DNA of 63,097 nucleotides, filler included, from Octopus bimaculoides (Eukaryota): the NCBI RefSeq assembly GCF_001194135.2. It is 4 parts of 4 records of this genome, joined end to end, with 100 filler letters (N's around TTAATTAATTAA, not from the genome) between each part and the next. Parts side by side here need not be neighbours in the genome. Positions count along the whole stretch, not along the records: positions 26,944 to 44,835 come from NC_068990.1; positions 44,936 to 58,569 come from NC_068982.1; 2 more parts are not named here. One strand, written 5' to 3'. The notes under the pieces were generated by a model. The model had not been told where the DNA came from. It was given only the letters and a program-made list of their open reading frames with translations, and ran no database searches. A program made the translations under genes and the position numbers. Shown one piece after another: positions 40,768-52,876 of this stretch; positions within the stretch are counted from its first letter, which is position 1, and the number at the start of each line of letters is the position of its first letter.

Positions 40768-41820
40768 CATCATCATCATCATTTAACGTTCATTGCCCAT
40801 GCTGACATGGGTTGGACAGTTTGACAGGGCTGGCATGCAGGAAAGCTGCACCAGATTCCAGTCTGATTTTGCATGGTTTTTTACAGCTGGATGCCCTTCC
40901 TAACACCAACCACTCTGATAGTGTAAGTGGTGCTTTTACATGTCACTAGCACAGGTGCCTTTTGCATGACACCAGGGTGTGTTCATGTGCCACCAGCACT
41001 GGTGCCAATTTGCATGACACTGGTATCTGCCGCAACTGCGATTTTGCTTGGCTTGATGGGTCTTCTCAAGCACAGCACGCGTCTTCTCAAGGCCTTGGTC
41101 ATTGCCTCTGTGAGGTCTAATGCTTGAAAGAAACTCAGCTACTTTGCCTCCATGAGGCCCAACACTTGAAAAGAGCTCAGCCACTTTGCCTCCATCCAGC
41201 TCAATGCTTGAGAGGAACTCAGCCACTTTACCTCCATGAGGTCTGAGGCCCAACACTCAAAAGGAACTCAGCCACTTTGCTTCCGTGAAGCACAATGTTC
41301 AAAAGATGTTCTTTATGTGCCACCAGCATGGGTGCACTTGGTTTGACAGGTCCTCTCAAGCACGGCAGAGTGCTAAAGGTCTCAGTCACCAGTCATTGCC
41401 TCTGGGAGGCTCAATGTTCAAAGATCATGCTTCACCACCCCGTCCCATGTCTTCCTGGGTCTATTTCTACCACAGGTTCTCTCCTCAGTTGGAGATCGGC
41501 ACTTCTTCACACAGCAGTCCTCATCCATACACATCACATGACCATGCCAGCACAGTTGTCTTTCTTGCACACCACATCTGATGCCTCTATTGCCCAACTT
41601 TTCTCTCAAGATGCTTACACTCTGTTAAACATGCACACTGACATTGCGCATCCAGCGAAACATACTGACTTCATTTCTTTAAAGCCTACTCATGTCCTCA
41701 GCTGTCATAGCTCATGTTTCACTGCAATGCAGCATAGCTGTTTACACACAGGCATCAAACAATCTGCCTTTCACTGTGAGTACAGCAGTGTGCCACATAT
41801 CTTAGTCACCTCTAATGTAC
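40768..41820 (-). mobile_element. 5'-truncated RTE-type LINE: ORF2 C-terminus, long 3'UTR, (GAT)n tail
   Basis: LREKLGNRGIRCGVQERQLCWHGHVMCMDEDCCVKKC..RPRKTWDGVVKHDL. The tail is identical in type to 28346-28685. Confidence 0.85.
41132..41306. repeat. ~42-bp minisatellite (4 units) in the LINE 3'UTR
   Basis: A(A/G)CTCAGC(C/T)ACTTT(G/A)C(C/T)TCC starts at 41132, ~41174, ~41217 and ~41265. Confidence 0.85.
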
Positions 41821-42198
41821 ATTTGTTATTCACTAGTAACTTTAACAAGTGGTGAATTGTCAGAGTCATTTGAATATTGAATGAAATGCCTTCTGATGTT
41901 TACTCCAATACCTTGCATTCTAAGTTCAAATCCCAAGGTAAACTTTGCCTTTTATCCTTCTAAGATCAATAAAATACTAGTTTAGAGCATGGAACTGATA
42001 GAAATGTTAAAGCTTTGGGGGAGATGTCTGGCAGTATTTTTTAAGCTCTTTGTGTTTGAGTTCAATTGTCACTATGACCTACTTGGCACTTAGGCTCTAC
42101 ACTTATTCCATCACTTGGTTTAACTATACAACCCGGCATCTGTGTACCATTCCAGAATTCTATTCAGTTGCGAGCACCTGCTCTGAATGTATGCAACT

Positions 42199-42235
<37 letters not shown>

Positions 42236-42255
42236 TTCCTCTCTCTCTCTCTCTT

Positions 42256-42288
<33 letters not shown>

Positions 42289-42547
42289 TTCCCTCTCTCT
42301 CTCATTGTCTCTCTCTCTTTTATACTTGTTCTGGAGGCTCTGTAAAGGGTCATGGACAGCATCTTACTTTCCTCTTGACTAAAAGAACAAACACAAACTA
42401 AATGTTAAACTATCATGGGCATTGTGTCAAAAACCAGGTCACTGGATTATGCCAAAAATCTTGATATCTCACAACAAAATAAATGTGAAACGAATATAAC
42501 ACAGTTTTTGGGTGTTTTTAGATGGTTGAAATAGTACTTTCATGATA

Positions 42548-42935
42548 TGCGCAGGTGTGGCTGTATAGTAAGAAACTTGCTTTCCAACCACCTGGTTCTA
42601 GGTTCAGTCCCACAATATGACAACTTGGGCAAGTATCTTTTACTATAGCTTTGGGCTGACAATAGCCTTGTAAGTGAATTTGGTAGACAGAAACTGAAAA
42701 AAGTTTGTCATACATATATGTGTTTTGTGTCTGTGTTTGACCTCCACTACTACTTGGCAACTGGTGTTGGTGTATTTATATCTCTGTAACTTAGTGGTTC
42801 AGGGGAAATGATCGATAGAATAAGTACTCAGCTTAATAAAAAAGTACAGGGGTTCAGTTTCTTTGACTAAAATCTCTTCAAGGCAGTGCCCCAGCATGGC
42901 CATAGTCTATTGACTAAAGTAAGTAAAAGATAAAA
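42548..42935 (+). mobile_element. SINE S3, near full length and CpG-decayed
   Basis: GGCGCAGG-like head, GGTTCAGTCCCAC B-box region and (TAAAAGA)n tail. Confidence 0.82.
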
Positions 42936-44094
42936 GATAACTGATTCATTATTTCTTTATGTGACAAGCTTGTTCTGGTCTCATTGAACTCTTTATTTCT
43001 ATTGGTTGAGATTTTCATATTTCCTTTTGTTGATTGGTTGAATTATGTTCACTATGCATCTGTTAGTGAGTTAATTTTACACACCGTGTGTTTATCAAAT
43101 CATTAAGAAAAACAGTAAAAGGCAAACATGATCTTAGAATTTTGGTATTGTAAAAAGGTGATGTCTATAAACAAATTTTGGCTTTGGTACATTCTTGGAT
43201 TGTCTTTCGTTTCTAGAATTCAATTCAAATCTGTTTTCCATATAATGTGAAATTTAAAAGCAATTTTGTATCCAAAATGTATGTTCTTTTTCAGTAACCA
43301 CAAATCCTACTGCCCTTTGAAATATCTACAATAAGTGCAGAATTTGCGAGATTGAGGTGATGATGTAATTACTTCTTTCTCCTCCTTTTTACATTTTGAA
43401 TGGCGCAAAAACTGGATTATGAGAACTTGCCAACATCATAATTGCAAGTCAATTTTTTTTCTCCTTTTTCCTAATTCTAATGTCTTCATTTACCTTGCAT
43501 TTGATTGTAATAACACTTTCCATCTCTGCAAGATTCTTCCTTCATTTTCCTTTACAACCAATGCAATTTTGTGCACAAATATTTAGTACATTTCTCTAGA
43601 ACTGTTTCGATCATATAATTGAGTTAATGAATATAAAATTGTTCTGCTGAATGAAATGTGTTCTTATTTGATAGCAAAGAGAATCTAATATGGGATAGAT
43701 TCAACATAGGCAAAGAAACAGCCAAAAGGAAGAGATTGAACAAAAACAAAACAAGGAATACAAAACCTGAAAGAAGTAGTTTTTTCTTTTGCATTAGATT
43801 ATTCTAGCTTTTTTAATACACTGCTTTAACCTTCCTGTGATTTTCTTAATGGATTTAGGTTTTTCCTGTTATCCTCTCTCAAAATCTCTAATTTCTTTCC
43901 TTTCATTTAATTTCCATTGCAGTCTTGTTACAACTCGCAGGTTTTGTTATTTGCTTTTAAAATTTTTTTTTTACATGTTTTCCATAGTCTTTCCCTTTAC
44001 ATTTTATCTATCCTTTTGATTTCTTTTTCTTCTTTATTTGTCTCATCCTCTTCTATCAAACTTTCTTTCTCCATCTCACTTTCCACACAGTAAT

Positions 44095-44590
44095 CTCAGG
44101 GTTAGGATGTTGCACTCACGATCACTAGATTTTGGGTTCCATTCTTGGACCAGGGAACGCATTGTGTTCTTGAACAAAACACTTCATTTCACATTGATCT
44201 AGTCCAGTCAGCTGTAAATGGGTAACTCTGCATTAGAATAGCTTCTAATGGCTTAGTGGTTAGGGTGTTGGACTCATGATTGTAAGATTGTGGTTTCAAT
44301 TCCTGGACCAGGCAGTGCATTGTGTTCTTGAGCAAAACATTTCATTTCATGTTGCTCCAGTCAAACAGCTGGCAAAAATGAGTAATCTTGCGATGAAACT
44401 GGGAAACCAGCCCTTATGAGTCGGCATGGCTCAAAAAGGTAACTTTACCTTCACTTTAACTAATAACTTCCAGTCTGGAGTAATGTTGGCCTGCTTGCCT
44501 AAACAGTGGAGTGGCATCATTCAAAAGTTAAAATGATGCAAAGTGCATTGTGACCATTGATGTATAACATCATTTGATAATCTGGTTGAT
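44095..44590 (+). mobile_element. Two tandem SINE S2 heads/bodies followed by a type-d tail
   Basis: GGTTAGG(A/G)TGTTG..TTGTGTTCTTGA(A/G)CAAAACA repeated at ~44100 and ~44255. Confidence 0.75.
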
Positions 44591-44619
44591 CATATGATCA
44601 TGTGATCATGTGATCATGT

Positions 44620-44658
<39 letters not shown>

Positions 44659-44659
44659 T

Positions 44660-44835
44660 CTTTTACTCTTTTACTTGTTTCAGTCATTTCACTGCAGCCA
44701 TGCTGGAGCACTGCCTTTAGTCAAACAAATCGACCCCAGGACTTATTCTTTGTAAGCCTAGTACTTATTCTATCGGTCTCTTTTTGCCGAACTGCTAAGT
44801 TACGGGGACATAAACACACCAGCATCGGTTGTCAA
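44660..44835 (-). mobile_element. Young SINE S3 3' part, cut by the scaffold linker
   Basis: (CTCTTTTA)n tail, GTTTCAGTCATT..GGCCATGCTGGAGCA-like segment, CpGs retained. Confidence 0.8.
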
Positions 44836-44935
44836 NNNNNNNNNNNNNNNNNNNNNNNNNNNNNNNNNNNNNNNNNNNNTTAATTAATTAANNNNNNNNN
44901 NNNNNNNNNNNNNNNNNNNNNNNNNNNNNNNNNNN
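44836..44935. other. Artificial scaffold linker 44N-TTAATTAATTAA-44N
   Basis: See 26844. Confidence 0.95.
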
Positions 44936-45290
44936 ATGATGCGCAGGCATGCGCTGAGATTGAGGCATCTCTGGATTCTCCTGGATAGTGAACGGGTGTG
45001 GTCTCCGCTGGCCAGACAAATGTTCCCCGAGTTCAAAAGTTTTTGCGAACAGGAAGCCTGGTGTTCTCGTAGACCGAGGTCGAGTGAATGGCATAAAGAG
45101 TGTCGTAAGGCCCTCTTGCTTTTCCGGCGCTCGGGCAACGCCAGCGGTGGGGGTTCCACACGGATCTTATATAATGGGTTGGTAGAGTCTGAATGCGACG
45201 ATGGCCTGGGGGCGACTCTAGGTCTCGGGTTTATTCAACTGGACAGCCTGTTTTGGGATAAGCTTGTTTAGCCCCTTGTGGGTAATAAAA
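44936..45290 (+). mobile_element. Probable 3' end of an L1/Tx1-like LINE
   Basis: GC-rich open frame (..HALRLRHLWILLDSERVW..) followed by a short UTR and AATAAA/A-rich end. The clade assignment is by resemblance only. Confidence 0.4.
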
Positions 45291-47179
45291 CAATAAGAAA
45301 AATAGCGAAATCAAATCTTGAGTATTTTGTTCCGTCTAAAATAAGACATCTATGTGTATTCAAAGAGTAGTGATTGATTTTTGAAGACGAAGTGAGAGTA
45401 AAATATTTTGGAATCACTCGTGTACAGCCTTGATGGACCTGCTATGATAAAATCCTTCCAGCTATAAACATCCTACCTTTCTTTAGACAGTGTACCTAAG
45501 ACTAAATTATCCAATGTTTACTTTTTTTAAAAGATTATAGAGCGTGGTATGAAGGAAATTTGGTTACTATCTTACATAATTCATACCATGCATAAAGTAA
45601 GATAAAGGTTGCATCATTGGCTTACAATTTGTAACGTTATTCTTTTGATGCGTAAATTATTTTGCTGATCATAAAGAAACGAAGAAAATTCGAAGAGCCA
45701 TTCTTCTTAGGAAAGAAAAAAGAGCTACCACCACCAAAAAAAAAAAAAGATTATGTTAAAACAAACAAAACCAAAAAAAAAAAAAAGAAAGAAAGAAAAG
45801 GTAAAAATACTTGTTCCTGTTGAAGAAAATTATGTTCCGTACCTTCTTACACAGACTGCAATGAATAAAATACAAATGGAAATGAAAATTTGAAATAATG
45901 ATATATTGATAAATGTACTATTTCCTATCTCAGGATCAAGCTCTTCACTTTGTTTTATCCAGAAATGATATTTTTTATAACGATATCTCTAGCTTTTACA
46001 AAGTTCATGTTGATATTCTTTATATAAATTCGTATACACCTATGGACACATACATACACATACGTTCATACTTATGTATGTATATATACAAATATATATA
46101 CATATATATATNNNNNNNNNNNNNNNNNNNNNNNNNNNNNNNNNNNNNNNNNNNNNNNNNNNNNNNNNNNNNNNNNNNNNNNNNNNNNNNNNNNNNNNNN
46201 NNNNNNNNNNNNNNNNNNNNNNNNNNNNNNNNNNNNNNNNNNNNNNNNNNNNNNNNNNNNNNNNNNNNNNNNNNNNNNNNNNNNNNNNNNNNNNNNNNNN
46301 NNNNNNNNNNNNNNNNNNNNNNNNNNNNNNTATATATATACATACATACACATACATACATGCATACACATACATGCATACACATACATGCATACACACA
46401 TATATATATATATACTTACAAATATTCATGCATACACACATATATAAATTATGCAAACATACGTTGCTATATACACAAATGCACACAAGCATGAGTAATG
46501 TATAACATATATTTAAGTGGCTGCATGATTTTTTGGGGTCGTACGGATGTGTGTGTGTGTGTGTGTGTGTGAGTATGAGTGTGTGTGTGTGTGTGTATGT
46601 GTGTGTGCATGTGTGTGTGTGTGTATGAAGAGTATATTCTCTAGTGTGTTTTTTTTTATCGATTTTAGTCCTTCGTCCATACCTAGGCATTGCCTTTAAG
46701 TGTTTGAGTCGATCATATCGATCCTTGAACTTATTTCAATCGATATCAGGTTATCGAATGACTAGGTTACTGTTTTTCCTTCACCCGCAAAGAGACGCAA
46801 AACCGGTAGACAATCATAAATTTTCTTTAATAATAATATAATACAACTATACAGTTGTTTTAACAGAAAATATTCTCATTGATTCAGTCTGGGATGGCGT
46901 CAGCAACTGGTGTTTGAGAAGGTGTAAGATGTTATTGTACATTAGTTTGGAACTAGTGTTTCGAATCCCCGAGGAAACCCATTACTTAAACTTTTGATTT
47001 ATATCTGTTATCTTTGGTCATTTTCTCATTCCAATGTGTTATTATAGGCTATTCAGTTGCGGTTCATATTTTTTTGATAAATATATTTTTCTTATTTAAT
47101 TGGTATTGGGCTGAAGTGTTTTCGGTGCATTGATAGAGAAAGAAAATCTGGTACTTTGGATTTCCGATCGAGGGGTATT

Positions 47180-47202
47180 GGGTTAGGGTTAGGGTTAGGG
47201 TT
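47180..47202 (+). repeat. (TTAGGG)3 interstitial telomere-like repeat
   Basis: GGGTTAGGGTTAGGGTTAGGGTT. Confidence 0.85.
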
Positions 47203-47554
47203 TCAAACATTTACGCAGTGGCTATAAAGACGGGTTCCAAACATTTACACAGTGGCCATAAAGACTTTATGGACCCCGACTTTGTGGCCACTGTGCAAAT
47301 ATAGTCAATGTTTTCAACCAATTTTTATTTGTAGATCCTTTGATTCCCATTTTACTCGGATGGACCCTCCAAGAATTCGATGTTTAAAAAAATCATATAT
47401 TTTTATAATTAAGTATTATTAGAAATTACATTTAAAAATTGAAGAAATATTTTGTATGTTGTAGAAGTATAACCAACTTAGTGCAGTTAAATTTTAACTA
47501 AAATATTTTATATGAAACCCCTGTGGCCATATGGATCCCCGTTGAGAACCACTG
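47198..47554. mobile_element. hAT-like MITE with a 34-bp tandem duplication at its left end
   Basis: Right end GTTGAGAACCACTG (reverse complement CAGTGGTTCTCAAC). Left GGGTT(T/C)CAAACATTTAC(G/A)CAGTGGC(T/C)ATAAAGAC occurs twice (47198-47265). Confidence 0.55.
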
Positions 47555-48625
47555 ATCTAGGTGCTTACTTCTTGGAATTTTCTTGATTGTGGGATCCCGA
47601 ATCTGTTGCCTGTGTAGGAGCCGGACCTTCAAGAAAAAACAAATAAACATTGAGTTAACCGAAACAATGACTTCTAAAGGGAATCGATCAACTGGATCGC
47701 TGGACGACCATCAAGCAAAAATAAGTAACCAAGTCCTTTCACAACAACAAAACGACGTAAGCAGAAAATCAACCAACCAGAGCACTGGATCTCTACTGGT
47801 CAACAACATCTCTCATCTCATCTAGGTCGTCCCATAGGACACTCCATATAGGGGTTTCGGTTGCGCATACTATAGGAGTTACAGGGCGCTGCTTCATGTG
47901 GTCCCGCAGTTTCCATCTTTCTAGGAATATTAGGGTCTTATCCATTGTCTTGTATTTAAGATCCTCTGCATGACATCCTGTTAGTTCAAAGCCAGGAAAA
48001 TGATCTGTTAGTCCTGCCGATAACTAAATCAACGCCCTGCTGCCGACGCTTTGATTTATTGTCGTTAAGGTTTTGTCTGTCTCCTACCCTTCGACCTGTT
48101 TGGCCTCGTAAGACCTGCTTGAAGATTGCTTTCCCTCCAGTATAGCTCTCCGGGTCAATGGAGAACAAAGGCACTTCACCGCAACAAGGTACTTGTTGAA
48201 TTGGCCGTTGACTGCACAGTAGTTCTTCCGCCCCTTTGATGGGTCTTATTTTTCGTCCCACAGGGAGACCAACAATCACCCTCCTCACCAAGCAAGCTTG
48301 ATGGGGTTGCCAATTTAGTCGCCGACGACCCGACCTTGCAGTAGGCTGTACTGGGTTACGTATTACCAGTAGCGCTCAAGAGCGACCTGGCATAACAACA
48401 AGGAATCAAAACACTCGACAAGCAAATGACGCCACCAGGAAGTCAGCCAATCAGAACGCTAGACTTTACTAAAAAAAAAAAAAAGAAAAAATATTTGACC
48501 CAAACATCTCTGAAACCAAGTAACATATTAAGGCGACCAGCCAAACGGAGAAAAACAAGTGAGGTCATCATTAAATTTACAACTGATCAGAACTTGATAC
48601 TTTATAATAAAAAAAACATCTATCT

Positions 48626-48870
<245 letters not shown>

Positions 48871-49235
48871 GCATTTATGACTGCTATGAACTCCATCGAA
48901 CATTTGAACTTATTATCTCAGCGAAACTCATTGCAATTTCAATGAATATTTAATCGTTTAAACTTGTTTTTCAGAACTTTCCCTTGTAGCTTTAAACCCT
49001 CCTAAACTCCTTTTTTGTTAATTAAAAAAAAAATTACTATTGATAAACAAAAATTGTTCGAAACCTGGTACTTGAATAAATCTTTTACAAACTTTAAAAA
49101 TGGTTACACGTTTTGAGATTCTGGTGTATTTTCAAACCTCAGAACAAAGTCTCTTATATTCTTTCCTGCGTAGGAATACAATTTTTTTATATACATACAT
49201 ACATACATACATACATACATACATACATACATACA

Positions 49236-50212
49236 GTATGGGGATGTGCTGAGCATTTGTTAATAAGCAAAACTGTGATACGAGAGGTGCAAGAGCATAG
49301 GCAGAACCTAGTTTCAATATGGCTAGACTACAAGAAAGCCTTTGACTCTGTTTCCCACTCATGGATACTAGAAGCCTTTCAACTTGCTAAAGTTCCAGTA
49401 AGAATAGTTAAAGCCATAGCTGACCTGAATTCATCGTGGGCCACTGTCTTGAAATTAAACACAAAGTGTGAATGTATTATCACCGATAGAATACAGGATC
49501 ACAAAGGCATATTCCAAGGAGACAGCCTCTCTGTGATGTTTATAATTTCTGTAAACCTTTTGTTGTTCATATTAAGGAAGTCTGAAGGCTATCTCACTGG
49601 TTCACAAGGAAACAGAAATACAAAAATTACACACTGTTTCTTTGTAGATGATTTAAAACTTTATGCAAAGAATATGCTTGAGATGAAAAAGAGCCTTGAC
49701 CTAGTTACAACATTCTCAAAGGATGTAGGATTGGAGTTTGGTCAGGATAAACGTTGTTATGTGGTTGTGAAAAGGAGGAAAACTATAAACCAGACTAGTA
49801 ACATCTCCATTAACGATTAGACTGTTTCCCCTGTATCTGACGAGGAATGTTACAGGTATCTGTGTTTGCAGTGCCAGTACTCATAGCAACATTTAGGCTG
49901 CTTGATTGGACGCTTGATGAGATCCGAGCCATTGATGTAAAAACCCGGAAAATACTAACAAGCACGCATAATTTCCACATCAACAGTAATGTAGACCGCC
50001 TCTACCTAAAACGAAAACAAGGCGGAAGAGGCTTAACATCGATCCAAATTGCCTTTGAATGTCGCATCATATCCCTTCGGCAACATCTTTTAACTACCAA
50101 GTGTCGAAGTGTATCCTTTGATAACATCATAAGACTTGGAAGGCAGCTACTTGATCAACATTCTTTGTCTGATAACCTAGAATACATGCCCAAAGAAGTC
50201 GCACGACTCTAA
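49236..50212 (+). mobile_element. R4/Dong-like LINE reverse-transcriptase fragment, with frameshifts and an internal deletion
   Basis: WLDYKKAFDSVSHSWI, GIFQGDSLS, FFVDDLKLYA, GLEFGQDK, then FAVPVL..LDWT..DVKTRKILT..DRLYLKRKQGGRGL. Confidence 0.92.
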
Positions 50213-50666
50213 CCGTAACGTATCATATTTCAGTCTAGCATTTAATTTATCGCTCCTAATTGTCTAACTGCTAGGATACAAGACATGAAGTAGGGATGCA
50301 AAAAGACCCCCCCCCCCGAAAACTACCAGTTTATTGACCGGTATCAACATTTACCTGTTATACACACATACACATACACACGCCCACGCACACCACACAC
50401 AAACACGTGTGACTGTGTCTGCCTGTCTGTCTGTGTCTGCCTGTCTGTCTGTGTGACGGCATAAATTTCATCCACCAAATTTCACTCAAAAAGTACTTGG
50501 CAATGAAGGATACAGCAGAAGGCACGTTCCCAAGATACGACACAATAGAATCGAAAGTGAAACCTTATGGACGCGAAGAGAACTTCTTATCCACATACAT
50601 ATACCTACGACTTTGTGCATATTGATTTGTTCATTTACTTTAATTCACGATATTTCACTGTTCATA

Positions 50667-50709
<43 letters not shown>

Positions 50710-51884
50710 GCACACGCACACGCGCACGCACACACACACACACACAGACTTAATGCTGTATATATATTTTCACTTAAATGCTTTTACAAATGAATTAGCT
50801 TGTGGCTCCCGTTTTCATTCTGTTAAAATGAGTTTATAAATATATATTTTCAATTCTAAATTACATGGATATTTTTTACTAATCTCAATAACTTCTTGAA
50901 TGTTATGGTGAAGAATATTTTGTTAGTTATATGTCTCTTAGCTATTTAATGCGTTTAATTTTCAATTCAATAGTGTTTCGTTTTATCATATAATTTATAG
51001 ATGAATTTTCTATTATTTATAATATTCTCATGTAAAAATTTAAAAGAGGCTGAAAATTAATTGTTAATTTTTTTTACAATTTTAAATCGATTGGTATTCT
51101 TAGATATTAATTGTGCTTTTATCACAATAAAATTAATTTCGATATACCTTCCTATTCAATTACATAATTGTATCTGAAGGTATATTTATATTTCTATACG
51201 TTATTAAATTTTTTTCTATTGTTCTTAATCCAATTATTTTCGAATTTACATAAGTATAAATTTTTGAGATTTTGCTTACAATTTAGCTTCACTTTTTCGT
51301 GGACGATGAATTCAGCTGAGTTAGTTAGAATAAATGCCATATTATTAAAGGTTTTAAAATTTTATAATGGTAATGTTTAATAAACGACTTGAATTAATCT
51401 TTTTGTAAATTTTGCAATTTTTACTCATTAGTGTTATTATTTATGCGCGCACGCGTGTGTATGTGTGCGTGCACGCGCGTATGTGCGCTTTAAAGCTTTC
51501 ATATGAATCGTGCATCCCAGAGTCTGGTGAATGTATGCAAGGCTCCATCTCAACAAAAAAATGTTGCACATGATAAAGGAAAGATTTCGTACATACATAC
51601 AAAAATACCCTGCTGATGTTGTTGAAATTCCAATGAAGGAGCCTTGGATCTAGGTTAGAAACCAATTCTTTCTCTATTGGCAAGAAATCTTGAAATTAAA
51701 CTGAATAATGACTTACCTACCTACCTGCTTGCCTGCTTGCCTGCCTGCATGCCTACCTGCCTACCTACCTACCTACCTACCTACCTACCTACCTACCTAA
51801 CTACCTACCTACATACATACATACATACATAGTTTTTCCAGTATGTTCAGTTAGATGTACGACTGCTACTGGTAAATGTATACA

Positions 51885-52078
51885 TTCTTTTCTCTATCTG
51901 GTGGGATTGCAAAGGAGTAATTCACTTTAAATTGTTACCACCTAATGCAACAATCAATGCTCAAATCTACTGTCAGTAATTAGAGCGTTTGAACCAAGCT
52001 TTGAAAAAAAAAAAAAAGACCTGCTTCAGTGAATCAAAAAGGAGTGATGTTTCATCAGGACAATGCGCGACCCCACGC
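51885..52078 (+). mobile_element. Mariner transposase fragment
   Basis: IWWDCKGVIHFKLLPPNATINAQIYCQ*LERLNQAL..KGVMFHQDNARPH, cut by a gap. Confidence 0.88.
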
Positions 52079-52344
52079 NNNNNNNNNNNNNNNNNNNNNN
52101 NNNNNNNNNNNNNNNNNNNNNNNNNNNNNNNNNNNNNNNNNNNNNNNNNNNNNNNNNNNNNNNNNNNNNNNNNNNNNNNNNNNNNNNNNNNNNNNNNNNN
52201 NNNNNNNNNNNNNNNNNNNNNNNNNNNNNNNNNNNNNNNNNNNNNNNNNNNNNNNNNNNNNNNNNNNNNNNNNNNNNNNNNNNNNNNNNNNNNNNNNNNN
52301 NNNNNNNNNNNNNNNNNNNNNNNNNNNNNNNNNNNNNNNNNNNN

Positions 52345-52395
<51 letters not shown>

Positions 52396-52710
52396 TACAC
52401 ACACACATACACACATACATATGCATACATATACATGTAAATATGCGTGTGTATGTATGTATGTATGTATATATGCATGTATGTATGTATGTATGTATGG
52501 ATGTATGTATGTATGTATGTATGTATGTATGTATGCATGTATGTATGAATGTATATATGTGTGTATAACAGATATCAGTGCACACGGGGCAAATAATGAC
52601 ATTTTTATCGGTTGACAGACATAAGGTCCAATCAGCAAACAATTTACTCGCTTAAGCCTTAAAGTATAAACAATCCCAGCGGCTTTGTTTACACTCCAAG
52701 TTCAGGCTGC

Positions 52711-52755
52711 TTCTGGCTGACGAGACACAACGTGCGAAACAATCATTTCCCAGAA
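52711..52755 (+). ncRNA. Candidate type-I hammerhead motif (weak stem III)
   Basis: TTCTGG-CTGACGA-G(A)CAC aac GTGC-GAAA-CAATCATT-TC-CCAGAA, with a perfect 6-bp stem I. Confidence 0.42.
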
Positions 52756-52833
52756 TGGCGTGCAGCAGATAGCCGAGCGTGAACACATTGTTGTCATAAA
52801 AAGGGAGAAATTATGCCCCCCTCTCTCTCTCTC

Positions 52834-52869
<36 letters not shown>

Positions 52870-52876
<7 letters not shown>

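Noticed and set aside
41132-41306. Regularly spaced repeats suggestive of CRISPR
   Set aside because: Tandem minisatellite without unique spacers inside a eukaryotic LINE; no cas genes.
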